A stretch of DNA of 64,000 bases from an uncultured Candidatus Saccharibacteria bacterium. GTDB lineage: Bacteria > Patescibacteriota > Minisyncoccia > Minisyncoccales > CAYZYK01. The position numbers were made by a program, and so were the translations under genes. Positions within the stretch are counted from its first letter, which is position 1. The number at the start of each line of letters is the position of its first letter. Where the stretch lies: positions 2,144 to 66,143 of the forward strand of contig CAYZYK010000001.1 of the NCBI GenBank assembly GCA_964482615.1. Direction: 5' to 3'. Shown one piece after another: positions 26,575 through 36,021 of the stretch. The notes below the pieces were generated by a model. The model had not been told where the DNA came from, searched no databases, and worked only from the letters and a program-made list of their open reading frames with translations.

Positions 26575-28107
26575 ATGTCTAAAAAATACTTAGAAGTTGG
26601 TCATGCTCCAGACTTTGAAGATCCAAAAAGAAAAAACCTTTATCGTTTCTTTGAAATAATTCCTGGGGTTATAAGTTTGGGAACCTTAATTGGGGTTCTC
26701 GTTTTTTCTTGGATTTTGCCGTCATTTGTTGCTATTTTTATAATTCTCTTTTGTTTCTTTTATCTTTGTAAAATCTGTTATTTCTCTATCCACCAAATAG
26801 CAACCTATATTAAAATGAAGAGGAATTTGAAAACTAATTGGCAAAAAAAGCTTAAAGAATTGAAAGACAAAGACTGGAAAGATATTTATCATTTAATAGT
26901 TTTACCAACCTACAAAGAGAAACCAGAGATAATAAAAAGTAGCTTAAATGCTTTGATTGGTTCTGATCATCCTAAAGATAAAATGATTATAGTTCTTGGT
27001 CTTGAAGAAAGAGCAGGTAAAGAAGCTCAGGAAAGGGCAGATGAAATAAAAAAAGAATATGAAGATAGTTTCTATCAGTTCTTAATTACAGTTCACCCAA
27101 AAGATATTCCAGGTGAGCTTGCAGGAAAAGGATCTAATGAAAAGTGGGCTGTAAGAGAAGCGAAAGAAAAAATAATAGACAAATTAAATATTCCTTATAA
27201 AAACATTATCGTTTCAAGTTTTGATATTGACACTAAAGTTTATCCTCGATACTTTTCTTGCTTAACTTATCATTTTTTAACAGTTGAAAATCCACAAAAA
27301 ACAAGTTACCAGCCTGTTCCTGTTTATAACAATAATATTTGGAAAGCTCCTGCTTTCAGTAGATTGGTTGCTACTTCAAACACTTTCTGGCAGATGGTTC
27401 AACAAGGAAGATCAGAGAAACTAGTAACTTATTCTTCCCATTCTATGCCTTTCTGGATATTTGAAGAGGTAGGTTATCCTAACAACATGGTTTCTGATGA
27501 CTCAAGAATTTTTTGGAAATCTTACCTTTATTACAATGGAGATTACAAAGTCGTACCCTTGTATTATCCTGTTTCAATGGATGCTGTTTTGGCTGATAAT
27601 CTTTGGAAGACAATAATAAATCAATACAAACAGCAGAGAAGATGGGCCTGGGGGTGTGAAGAAATACCCTATTTGATATATGGGTTTTTAAAGAACAAAA
27701 AAATTTCTCTTCCAGAAAAATTAAAACATTTGTTTACCATATTAGATGGTTACTGGTCTTGGGCAACATCCACCCTTTTAATATTTATTTTGGGTTGGTT
27801 GCCTTTAATTTTAGGGGGTGAGAAATTCAGTAGAAGTTTACTTTCTTACAACTTACCAAGATTAACAGGGAGGATTATGACTCTTGCTATGATCGGTATG
27901 ATTGTCTCTGCTATTTTAAGTATGCTCCTTTTGCCTCCTCGGCCAGAAGAGACAAGTAAAACGAAATATTTATTTTTATTATTACAATGGGTTCTTTTGC
28001 CTGTTACTTTGATCGTTTTTGGTTCTTTTCCTGCTTTAGATGCCCAAATCCATTTAATGTTGGGAAAATATATGGGATTTTGGGTTACAGAAAAGGCTAG
28101 AAAATAG
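26575..28107 (+). CDS. GT2-family membrane glycosyltransferase
   Basis: LPTYKE, GKGSN, FDID, SDD, KQQRRWAWG (QxxRW), flanking TMs. Confidence 0.88.
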   Translation: MSKKYLEVGHAPDFEDPKRKNLYRFFEIIPGVISLGTLIGVLVFSWILPSFVAIFIILFCFFYLCKICYFSIHQIATYIKMKRNLKTNWQKKLKELKDKDWKDIYHLIVLPTYKEKPEIIKSSLNALIGSDHPKDKMIIVLGLEERAGKEAQERADEIKKEYEDSFYQFLITVHPKDIPGELAGKGSNEKWAVREAKEKIIDKLNIPYKNIIVSSFDIDTKVYPRYFSCLTYHFLTVENPQKTSYQPVPVYNNNIWKAPAFSRLVATSNTFWQMVQQGRSEKLVTYSSHSMPFWIFEEVGYPNNMVSDDSRIFWKSYLYYNGDYKVVPLYYPVSMDAVLADNLWKTIINQYKQQRRWAWGCEEIPYLIYGFLKNKKISLPEKLKHLFTILDGYWSWATSTLLIFILGWLPLILGGEKFSRSLLSYNLPRLTGRIMTLAMIGMIVSAILSMLLLPPRPEETSKTKYLFLLLQWVLLPVTLIVFGSFPALDAQIHLMLGKYMGFWVTEKARK

Positions 28108-28108
28108 T

Positions 28109-30214
28109 TTATTCAAAGTGAATTCTTTTTTCAAAATGTTTTACTCTTTCTTTTAGAACAGGGTATTTTTTTAATTCTGGGTTCTCGTCTAAGATTTCTT
28201 TGGCTGACTCTCTGGTTTTTTCAACTAGTTCTGTATTTTTTAAGTTTGCCATAGCCAAATCAGGAATTCCCCATTGACGAGCCCCGTAAAGTTCCCCGGG
28301 TCCCCTTATTTCTAAGTCTTTCTCTGCTAGTTCAAATCCATCTTCTGAATGTTTTAAAGCTTTTAATCTTTTTCTTGTTTTTTTTGTTGTAGAATCAGCG
28401 AGCAAGAAACAATAAGATTGAAATTTTGATCTTCCCACTCTTCCTCTGAACTGATGGAGTTGGGCTAAACCAAATCTATCAGCTCCCTCGATCATCATAA
28501 CGGTGGCTCTTGGAATATCAATTCCAACCTCAACCACCGAAGTCGAAACCAAAATATCAATTGAGCCGGTTTTAAAAGCTCGCATTATTTTCTCTTTTTC
28601 TCTTGTTTTCATTTTTCCGTGTAACATTCCAATTTTTAAATTAGGGAAAACCTCTTCAGATAATTTTTCATATTCTTCTTTTACTGCTTTAACATCTCCC
28701 CAGCCTGTTTTATCCTCTTCTTTTTTAGTTGGTTCAATTCTGGGGCAGATAACGAAAATACCATGTTCTTTTTCAGCTTCTTTTTTGATGAAATTATAGG
28801 TTTCTTTTCTTTTTTTAGGTGAGATAATTTTTGTCTTGACCTTTTTTCTTTCTTTGGGTAGTTCTGTAATTAAAGACAGATCAAGATCACCATAAACAGT
28901 TAAAGCTAGAGTTCTGGGGATTGGGGTTGCCGTCATAGACAAAAGATGAGGGATAAATTCTTTTTGTTCACAAAGCCTTGCTCTTTGTTCGACCCCAAAT
29001 CTGTGTTGTTCATCTACTATTACCAAAGCCAAATCCTTGAATTTAACTTTTTCTTGAATCAAAGCATGAGTTCCTATTAAAATGTTCACTTCTCCTTTCT
29101 TTAATTTTTCCAACAATCTTCTTCTTGAAATTTCCAAGACATCATTTTTTAATTTAACAGTATTTATTTTATCTTGTTTTCCAGTTAAAAATCCTATCTT
29201 CAACTTAAAATCATCTAAAAGTTTTCTTACTTCTCTGAAATGCTGTTTAGCTAAAATTTCAGTTGGAGCCATAAAAGCTACCTGATGACCGGCTTTGGCC
29301 GTGTTTAAAGCGGCCATTGTGGCAACTACAGTTTTACCGCTCCCTACATCTCCCTCAAGCAGTCTTGACATAGGGTATGGTTTTTCTAAATTTTTTAATA
29401 TTTGCCAAGCTGACTTTTTTTGAGAATCAGTGAGGGTGAAAGACAAAGAATCAGTGAATTTTTTCATTAATTCAGCATCTAAAGGACAAGAAATTGCTTG
29501 TTTTTTCTTTATTCTTAGTTTTTCTTTTAAAACAGAGATTTGAATTAAAAAAAGTTCCTCAAAAGCAAATCTCTCTTGAGCTTTCTTTGCTTTTTTTAAA
29601 GAATTAGGAAAATGAATTTGAACTAAAGCTTCTCTGACAGGGATTAAATTGTGCTTTTTCCTTTGTTCTTCTGGCAAGGGATCTTGAATCTTTTCTTTAA
29701 ATTCATCTATTAAGGGTTTAATAATGTATCTTAACCAACGGGAAGATAATCCTTCTGTTGCTGGATAAACAGGAATTATTCTCCCGGTATGAATTAATTT
29801 TTCTTTCTCAAATATTTTTTCATAAATGGGGTTGTTTAAATAAATACCATCCTTTCTTAAGCTTATTTTCCCTGCTAAACAAACAGTTGTTCCTTCCTTT
29901 AGGGTTTTTTCTAAATAAGGTTGATTGAACCATATTACCTTTAAGGGGGCTGTTTTATCTTGAACAATTGCTTCTGTTATAACCATTCTTTTTTTCCAAG
30001 TTCTGGTATTTTTTATCTCTTTTATTTTTCCTTTTATACAAACATTTTTGTTTGGTTTAATTTCTGATATTGAAGAAATATTTGAAAAATCCTCGTAGCG
30101 GTGGGGAAAATGAAAGAGTAAGTCCCGGACTGTTTTTATTCCGAGTTTTTCTAATCTTTTTTGGTATTTTGGACCGATCTGTGATATTTTTTTGATCTGA
30201 GTTGATAACTCCAT
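28109..30214 (-). CDS. recG: ATP-dependent DNA helicase RecG
   Basis: GDVGSGKT, DEQHRFGVEQR, MTATPIPRT, QLHQFRGRVGR, DLEIRGPGE. Confidence 0.97.
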   Translation of the reverse strand: MELSTQIKKISQIGPKYQKRLEKLGIKTVRDLLFHFPHRYEDFSNISSISEIKPNKNVCIKGKIKEIKNTRTWKKRMVITEAIVQDKTAPLKVIWFNQPYLEKTLKEGTTVCLAGKISLRKDGIYLNNPIYEKIFEKEKLIHTGRIIPVYPATEGLSSRWLRYIIKPLIDEFKEKIQDPLPEEQRKKHNLIPVREALVQIHFPNSLKKAKKAQERFAFEELFLIQISVLKEKLRIKKKQAISCPLDAELMKKFTDSLSFTLTDSQKKSAWQILKNLEKPYPMSRLLEGDVGSGKTVVATMAALNTAKAGHQVAFMAPTEILAKQHFREVRKLLDDFKLKIGFLTGKQDKINTVKLKNDVLEISRRRLLEKLKKGEVNILIGTHALIQEKVKFKDLALVIVDEQHRFGVEQRARLCEQKEFIPHLLSMTATPIPRTLALTVYGDLDLSLITELPKERKKVKTKIISPKKRKETYNFIKKEAEKEHGIFVICPRIEPTKKEEDKTGWGDVKAVKEEYEKLSEEVFPNLKIGMLHGKMKTREKEKIMRAFKTGSIDILVSTSVVEVGIDIPRATVMMIEGADRFGLAQLHQFRGRVGRSKFQSYCFLLADSTTKKTRKRLKALKHSEDGFELAEKDLEIRGPGELYGARQWGIPDLAMANLKNTELVEKTRESAKEILDENPELKKYPVLKERVKHFEKRIHFE

Positions 30215-30286
30215 GTTTTATTTTTATCCTATTTTTTAGTAAACTATATATTGTAAGATAAATCAAAGTTTAATAAACGAAATAAA

Positions 30287-31249
30287 ATGGAATTTAAAAA
30301 ACACGGTCCTGTATTAACAGCTGAAATTAAAGATAATTTTGGGGTTATATTTAATTGCGGAGCAGCAGAATACAAAGACAAAATTTATTTACTTCCCCGG
30401 GTTATTGAGAAAGGATACAAAAAAAGAAAAAAGGGAGGTTATGATAAGTATATATCAAAAGTTTATTTAGCTGAAAGTGATGATGGAAAAAACTTTAAAA
30501 TATCAAAAAACCCCTTTTTGTCTCCTGGGGAAAATTATGATAAATATGGATGTGAAGACCCACGAGTAACAAAACTGAAAGACAGATTTTTTATAACTTA
30601 TACTGCCCTCTCTCGTCCTGCTTATTCTGGAAAAGGCAAGAGAATAGGGTTAGCCTCAACAAAAGATTTCTCTGAAATTAAGAAACACGGAATCATGGGT
30701 CCGAATATTGAAGACAAAAATACTGTCATTTTCCCGGAGACTATTAAGAGAAAGGTTGTTGTCCTGCATAGAGCAGAACCAGAAATTCAGATAATATTTT
30801 TTGATAGTATTGAAGACTTAATTGCAAACAAAACAGCAGGTTTTTGGGAATCTTACCTTGAGAATATAGAAGATCATCTGTTTTTGAAGAGGGAATATAA
30901 ATGGGAGACAGCTAAAATTGGAGCAGGACCACCACCCATTAAAACAGAGAAAGGATGGCTATTGATATATCACGGTGTTGATTCTGAAGAAGTATACAGA
31001 GCGGGAGTTGTTCTTTTGGATCTTAAAGATCCCCAGAAAATAATTGCAAGAAGCCCAACTCCTATTTTGGAGCCCAGCGAAGATTATGAGAAAGAAGGTC
31101 ATGTTCCTTTTGTTGTTTTTCCAACAGGCGCTGTAATAAAAGGAGGAGATCTTTTCTTATATTATGGCGCAGCAGACGAAAAGTGTTGTCTTGCAACGTG
31201 CAATTTAGAAAAGCTAATAGACTTTCTTCTTAAAAAAAGAAATAAATAA
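30287..31249 (+). CDS. GH130-family glycosidase/mannoside phosphorylase
   Basis: FNCGA, GCEDPRV, KIGAGPPPIKT..WLLIYHGV, VVFPTG, YYGAAD. Confidence 0.9.
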   Translation: MEFKKHGPVLTAEIKDNFGVIFNCGAAEYKDKIYLLPRVIEKGYKKRKKGGYDKYISKVYLAESDDGKNFKISKNPFLSPGENYDKYGCEDPRVTKLKDRFFITYTALSRPAYSGKGKRIGLASTKDFSEIKKHGIMGPNIEDKNTVIFPETIKRKVVVLHRAEPEIQIIFFDSIEDLIANKTAGFWESYLENIEDHLFLKREYKWETAKIGAGPPPIKTEKGWLLIYHGVDSEEVYRAGVVLLDLKDPQKIIARSPTPILEPSEDYEKEGHVPFVVFPTGAVIKGGDLFLYYGAADEKCCLATCNLEKLIDFLLKKRNK

Positions 31250-31251
31250 TT

Positions 31252-31941
31252 ATGAAAAAAGATTTAATTGTAATTTCTGTTGGTGGCTCTCTTATTTTCC
31301 CAGAAAAGATCGATATTTCTTTTTTGCAATCTTTCAAAGATATTATTCTGAAACAAATAAAAAAAGGAAAAAGATTTGTTATTGTTTGTGGAGGAGGATC
31401 TTTAGCAAGAAATCTTCAATCAGCCGTTAAATCATTTGAGGGAATTGAAAAAGAAGATGCTGATTGGGTTGGAATTCAAGCCACCATCGTTAACGCTTAT
31501 CTTTTAAAAATAATATTTAAAGAACAAGCTTACCCCGATATTATTAAAGATCCTACCCAGAAAATAAATTTTAAAGAAAAAGTTCTTTTAGCAGCAGGCT
31601 GGAAACCAGGGTTTAGTACAGACCATGATGCTGTCTTGTTGGCTGAGAACTTTGGAACAAAAAAACTGCTTAATCTAACTGACATAAATTATATCTATGA
31701 TAAAGATCCAGATAAGTTTAAAGATGCTGTTCCTCTAAAAAAAATCTCCTGGAAAGACTTCAGGAAACTAGCACCGAAAGAATGGAGCCCTGGTTTGAAC
31801 TTTCCTTTTGATCCTATTGCTGCAAAAAGAGCGGAAGAATTGAACCTTGAAGTTGTTATTATTAACGGAAAGAAACTAGAAAGACTGAAAAATTACTTTG
31901 AAGATAAGGATTTTACAGGAACAGAAATAACTCCAAATTAA
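31252..31941 (+). CDS. pyrH: UMP kinase (archaeal-type)
   Basis: ISVGGS, VCGGGSLAR, DWVGIQAT..NA, GWKPGFSTD, YDKDP, FDPIAA. Confidence 0.9.
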   Translation: MKKDLIVISVGGSLIFPEKIDISFLQSFKDIILKQIKKGKRFVIVCGGGSLARNLQSAVKSFEGIEKEDADWVGIQATIVNAYLLKIIFKEQAYPDIIKDPTQKINFKEKVLLAAGWKPGFSTDHDAVLLAENFGTKKLLNLTDINYIYDKDPDKFKDAVPLKKISWKDFRKLAPKEWSPGLNFPFDPIAAKRAEELNLEVVIINGKKLERLKNYFEDKDFTGTEITPN

Positions 31942-32213
31942 AAATTTAATCTCATCTGGATTTCGTTGCTCTGTTTCATTTCACATTTTTTGTAAAAAGG
32001 AATTAATGTTGATAAGCCTAGAAATTTAGCCAAGTCAGTAACTGTTGAGTAAAAACAATAAAATTAAAAAACAGAAGTAAGTTCCTGTTTTTTAATCTTG
32101 TGTATCTATACAACGTGGCGCAAACTCACTTTAGCAAAAATCTCTGAAAAATCCAATTCGTCCCGTCCCGCCGCCGCTCACTGACGCTCGTCAGCCCGCG
32201 AAAAGTCATGTTT

Positions 32214-32289
32214 TGGTGCCCTCGATAGGAGTCGAACCTATAGTTACTTCCTCCGCAAGGAAGCGTTTTATCCATTAAACTACGAGGGC
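32214..32289 (-). tRNA. tRNA-Arg(GCG)
   Basis: GCCCTCG/CGAGGGC, CTTCC-TTGCGGA-GGAAG, A20 in the D loop, TTCGACT, encoded CCA. Confidence 0.93.
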
Positions 32290-32333
32290 TGAAGCTGTGA
32301 TGTTTTACGCCTTGCACCCTATTTTCTAACTAG

Positions 32334-32420
32334 CGGAGGGGGTGGGACTCGAACCCACAAGGGTGTAAACACCCGCCGGTTTTCAAGACCGGTTCCTTAG
32401 CCAATTCGGAGCACCCCTCC
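32334..32420 (-). tRNA. tRNA-Ser(TGA)
   Basis: GGAGGGG/CCCCTCC, CCGGT-CTTGAAA-ACCGG, long variable arm, G73. Confidence 0.95.
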
Positions 32421-32434
32421 AATATCTATAGGGG

Positions 32435-32523
32435 CGGAGGAGGTGGGACTCGAACCCACAAGCGACTTTTTACACCGCTACGGATTAGCAATCCGCTGCC
32501 TTACCAATTCGGCGCACTCCTCC
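32435..32523 (-). tRNA. tRNA-Ser(GCT)
   Basis: GGAGGAG/CTCCTCC, GCGGA-TTGCTAA-TCCGT, long variable arm, G73. Confidence 0.95.
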
Positions 32524-32566
32524 TCTTTCCTCTGTATTTTACTTTAAGAAAATCGTAAAGTCAATT

Positions 32567-33232
32567 TTATTCTTCTCTTATTAAGCTGATTCCCCAGACT
32601 TTTTTTATACCTTTTTTCTTTAAGATTTTTACTGTTTTTTCCATTAATTCTTCCTTATTATAAGTATCGTTAACTAAAAAAACCTTCTTATTCTTTATTT
32701 TCTTTAAACTTTGACTTTTTGAGGAAAAACAATTTTTTAAAACAGAAACAAAACAAGAATAATTTTTAAGACTTTTAGACAAAGATTTGGCAATCTCTTC
32801 TGCCTGGTTGAAACCCTTTCTTTTGTTTTCTTTTATGTCTTGGGGGCAGGGAATAATGACACCATTTTTGAAAACTTTCTTAAGTTTTATTCCAGACAAA
32901 AGAAGATGGTCTATTATTAAAGAAGAGAGGGGATGGGATAGCTCTTTAATATAAGGTTCTTTTTTGAATCTTGAAATTAATTTTCTAGCGAGAAAATTCT
33001 TTTTAAAAGAAAGAGCAAAATAGAGACCAGATAATTGTTTTGAAGAACACTTTTTACACTTTCCAGCTCCCTTGATTCTTTTTGGGTTTTTATTACAAAG
33101 ACAATATTGCGTTTCTAGAATATCAAGGGTTGCTTTACAATCTTCACAAAGATAAGTTCCTTCTTTTTTACAACCCAAACAGAATTTAGGAAAGAGAATC
33201 TCTTTTATGAAGTCTACAATCGAATAGATCAT
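32567..33232 (-). CDS. comF: ComF/ComFC-family protein (double zinc ribbon plus degenerate PRTase domain)
   Basis: LFPKFCLGC..LCEDC..CKKC, RKGFNQAEEIA; divergent from pilM. Confidence 0.85.
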   Translation of the reverse strand: MIYSIVDFIKEILFPKFCLGCKKEGTYLCEDCKATLDILETQYCLCNKNPKRIKGAGKCKKCSSKQLSGLYFALSFKKNFLARKLISRFKKEPYIKELSHPLSSLIIDHLLLSGIKLKKVFKNGVIIPCPQDIKENKRKGFNQAEEIAKSLSKSLKNYSCFVSVLKNCFSSKSQSLKKIKNKKVFLVNDTYNKEELMEKTVKILKKKGIKKVWGISLIREE

Positions 33233-33274
33233 TTTGATTTAAAGATTACGAATTTTGAGGTATAATAAAAAAAT

Positions 33275-34339
33275 ATGTTTTTCAATCCTTTTAAATTTCT
33301 TTTTCCCAAAAAATTTGTGGGAGTTGATATTGGAACTTCAGCAATTAAACTTGTTGAAGTTTCCCGTTGGGGAAAAGGAAGAACCCTGGAAAATTATGGG
33401 GAAATAAAATCTCAAGCTCTTTTTGAGGAGCAATTTCGTACTTTTGAAAAAACAACCCATTTAATTTCAGAACAGTTTGTGGGGAGAGCGCTGAAAGCTA
33501 TTCTTAGAGAAGCTAAGATTAAAAACAAGTCAGCCATCTTTACTTTACCTGATTTTTCTACTTTTATCACCACCTTTGAATTGCCCCCAATGACAGAAAG
33601 GGAAATTCCAGACGCTGTTCGTTACACCGCTCCTCGTTATACGCCCCTTCCTTTATCTGAAACTACTTTGGATTGGAAATTAATCGGGGGAACTCCCGGA
33701 GGCAATAATCATCTTAAAATACTTTTAATTGCTATTCCAAACGAAGTTGTTGAAAAATATCAAAAAACAGCAGAATTAGCTGGTCTTGATCTTTATGCTC
33801 TGGAAGCTGAAGTTTTAGCGATAGCAAGGGCTGTGATTAAAAAAGAAAAAGACATTATTTGCTTGGTTGATATTGGGGCTCAAAGCACAACTATAAGTGT
33901 AGTAGACAAAGGTAATTTAAAAAGAAGTTACAGTTCAGAATTTTCCAGTAACAAATTGACTTTTGCTATTAGCTCTTCTTTGAATTTAGATTATGCTGAA
34001 GCAGAAGAGATTAAACAAGAGAAGGGTTTAATCTCTTCTCAAAAAGAAATTAAAAGAAGCCTTTCTCTTTTGATTGATCCTTTTTTAGCTGAGATTGAAA
34101 AAGTTTCAGATGAATTTTCCCGCAAAACAGGAAAAGAGGTTAATAAAATATATTTATCTGGTGGAGGGGCGAATTTGCCAGGATTAAGAGAATATGTGGA
34201 AAAAGAGACAGGAAAAGAAACTAAAGTTCCCAACTGTTTCTCTGATTTACTCTACCCGCCTATTTTAGGAAAAACCTTAAAACAAGTAGGACCTCGTTTT
34301 TCAGCAGCTGTTGGTGTTGCTTTACAGGAACTTCAATAA
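33275..34339 (+). CDS. pilM: Type IV pilus assembly protein PilM
   Basis: VGVDIGTSAIKLVE, VDIGAQST, IYLSGGGANLPGL, AVGVAL. Confidence 0.93.
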   Translation: MFFNPFKFLFPKKFVGVDIGTSAIKLVEVSRWGKGRTLENYGEIKSQALFEEQFRTFEKTTHLISEQFVGRALKAILREAKIKNKSAIFTLPDFSTFITTFELPPMTEREIPDAVRYTAPRYTPLPLSETTLDWKLIGGTPGGNNHLKILLIAIPNEVVEKYQKTAELAGLDLYALEAEVLAIARAVIKKEKDIICLVDIGAQSTTISVVDKGNLKRSYSSEFSSNKLTFAISSSLNLDYAEAEEIKQEKGLISSQKEIKRSLSLLIDPFLAEIEKVSDEFSRKTGKEVNKIYLSGGGANLPGLREYVEKETGKETKVPNCFSDLLYPPILGKTLKQVGPRFSAAVGVALQELQ

Positions 34340-34407
34340 TTAAAGTATAGGTTGGATATTTAATCTAGATTATTATATAATGAGTAAAGTAATAAAATAA
34401 ACAAACT

Positions 34408-34959
34408 ATGGCTCCTTGGTATGATTTTCTCTACAAACTAAAGACTAAAGAATATTGGTGGCTAGATTTAGTTCTTTATTTTGTTTTATCTTTGTTAGTT
34501 GCTTCGGTTATTTGTTATTTTCTCTTTGGTCTTAAAATCTCCTTTCAAAAAAAACATCTCCAAGAATTAGACCAGAAAATAGTAGAAACTGGAACGGAAC
34601 AACAAAAGGACCTGGAACAGCAGGTTTTTCGTTTTCAAAGAAAACTAGAAGATTTTACTGTTATATTTGAGGACCATAAAATATCCTCAAACCTATTTGC
34701 TTTAATTGAAAGTTCAACCATTCCTAATGTTTGGTTTTCAAGCTTTGGCCTCAGCTCCCAAGGTTATAGTGTAAGAGTAAGAGGGGACACAGATGATTTC
34801 CAAAGTTTAGCTCGCCAGATTTTTTATTTTGAAGAAAATAAATTAATTAAGGAAGTAAATACATTATCTACAACCTTAACAGAAGATGGAAATATTAATT
34901 TTAGTTTGAGCCTTTTGTTTGAACCGAATCTGTTAAGTCAATTTAAAGGAACAGAATAG
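34408..34959 (+). CDS. pilN: PilN-like protein
   Basis: TM, coiled coil and ferredoxin-like domain; position after pilM. Confidence 0.7.
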   Translation: MAPWYDFLYKLKTKEYWWLDLVLYFVLSLLVASVICYFLFGLKISFQKKHLQELDQKIVETGTEQQKDLEQQVFRFQRKLEDFTVIFEDHKISSNLFALIESSTIPNVWFSSFGLSSQGYSVRVRGDTDDFQSLARQIFYFEENKLIKEVNTLSTTLTEDGNINFSLSLLFEPNLLSQFKGTE

Positions 34960-35025
34960 AAAATTATATTCTTTAAAAAACCTCTTGTATCTGAAACAAT
35001 TACCCAATAAATATTATTTAAGACA

Positions 35026-35565
35026 ATGAAATTAGATAGACCAATCGCTATAGCAGTTATTGTCTTTATTATTTTAGCTGTGATCTTTTATTTCGTTTTG
35101 CCAAGATACAGAGAGATCAGAGAATTTCAAATTAAAATTGCAGAAAAAGAAGCCGAACTAAAAGGAAAAGAAGATTATTTCCGGGGGATAGCTGAAGTCT
35201 ATCAAAAGTTAGTTGAAAATGAAGAGAATATAAAGAAAATTAATACTGCTTTACCCGATAAAATAAATTATCCTGCTCTTATTTCATTTCTTCAAGAAAA
35301 AAGCCAAGAAAATGGTTTAGTCCTAAGAACGGTTAACCTAGGGGGAACTTCCCAAGCCAGAGGAAAGGAGAAACTTAACCAGACTAATTTCTCTCTTCGG
35401 GTTGATGGTTCTTATTCTGCTTTCCGTAACTTTATTTCTAGCCTGGAAAATTCATCCCGAATTATTGAACTAGATAATGTCTCTTTTTCAAGTAGAGCAA
35501 CAAGAACAGAAGAAGAACCGAATATTTATCAATTTAGTTTAGGAATAAGAGTTTATTCTTATTAA
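35026..35565 (+). CDS. pilO: PilO-like protein
   Basis: TM, ALP, GSYSAFRNFISSLENSSRIIEL. Confidence 0.85.
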   Translation: MKLDRPIAIAVIVFIILAVIFYFVLPRYREIREFQIKIAEKEAELKGKEDYFRGIAEVYQKLVENEENIKKINTALPDKINYPALISFLQEKSQENGLVLRTVNLGGTSQARGKEKLNQTNFSLRVDGSYSAFRNFISSLENSSRIIELDNVSFSSRATRTEEEPNIYQFSLGIRVYSY

Positions 35566-35568
35566 TCT

Positions 35569-35982
35569 ATGGCTATTGTATTTATATCTCCTAAAAGATC
35601 ACAGACGGTGCTGATTTCTGCCATTATTGGAATAGTATCTTTGGGTCTTATTATCATTCTTCTTGTTGTTTTTTTAAGTAAGCCCCAGTCCATAGCACCA
35701 GAGAGAGTTTTCAAACCAAAAGAAGTTAAGATTAATTTTGATATTCTAAAATCACAGCGATTAAAGGAACTTTCTCTTTTTCCTACAGAAATAAAGAAAG
35801 AATTTAATTATATAGCAGAAACAGAAGACGGAATAGACCGATCTGGAAAAATTTTAGCCGTTTCAGAAAGCGAAGCTGAAATATTATTAGAAGAGACGGG
35901 ACTTGAGAATATTGAGATTAAGAAAACAGAAATCGGCAGAAAAAATCCTTTTGTTCCTCCTCAAATAGCAACAGAAGAATAA
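35569..35982 (+). CDS. Membrane protein in the PilP position (GRxNPF motif)
   Basis: TM then GRKNPF; lies between pilO and pilB. Confidence 0.65.
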   Translation: MAIVFISPKRSQTVLISAIIGIVSLGLIIILLVVFLSKPQSIAPERVFKPKEVKINFDILKSQRLKELSLFPTEIKKEFNYIAETEDGIDRSGKILAVSESEAEILLEETGLENIEIKKTEIGRKNPFVPPQIATEE

Positions 35983-36021
35983 AACATTAAAAAAACTTTA
36001 AGAAAACCATAAATCTTCATT

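Noticed and set aside
31252-31941. Archaeal-type pyrH as a recent horizontal transfer
   Set aside because: Composition matches the genome and, to my knowledge, this type is common in Parcubacteria.
2821-32317. Short ORFs overlapping tRNAs (2821-3027, 20879-21118, 25691-25873, 32126-32317)
   Set aside because: They are translations of tRNA sequence or its complement.
32334-32523. Repeated GGTGGGACTCGAACCCACAAG as an att-site duplication
   Set aside because: Explained by the shared T arms of two complete adjacent tRNA-Ser genes.
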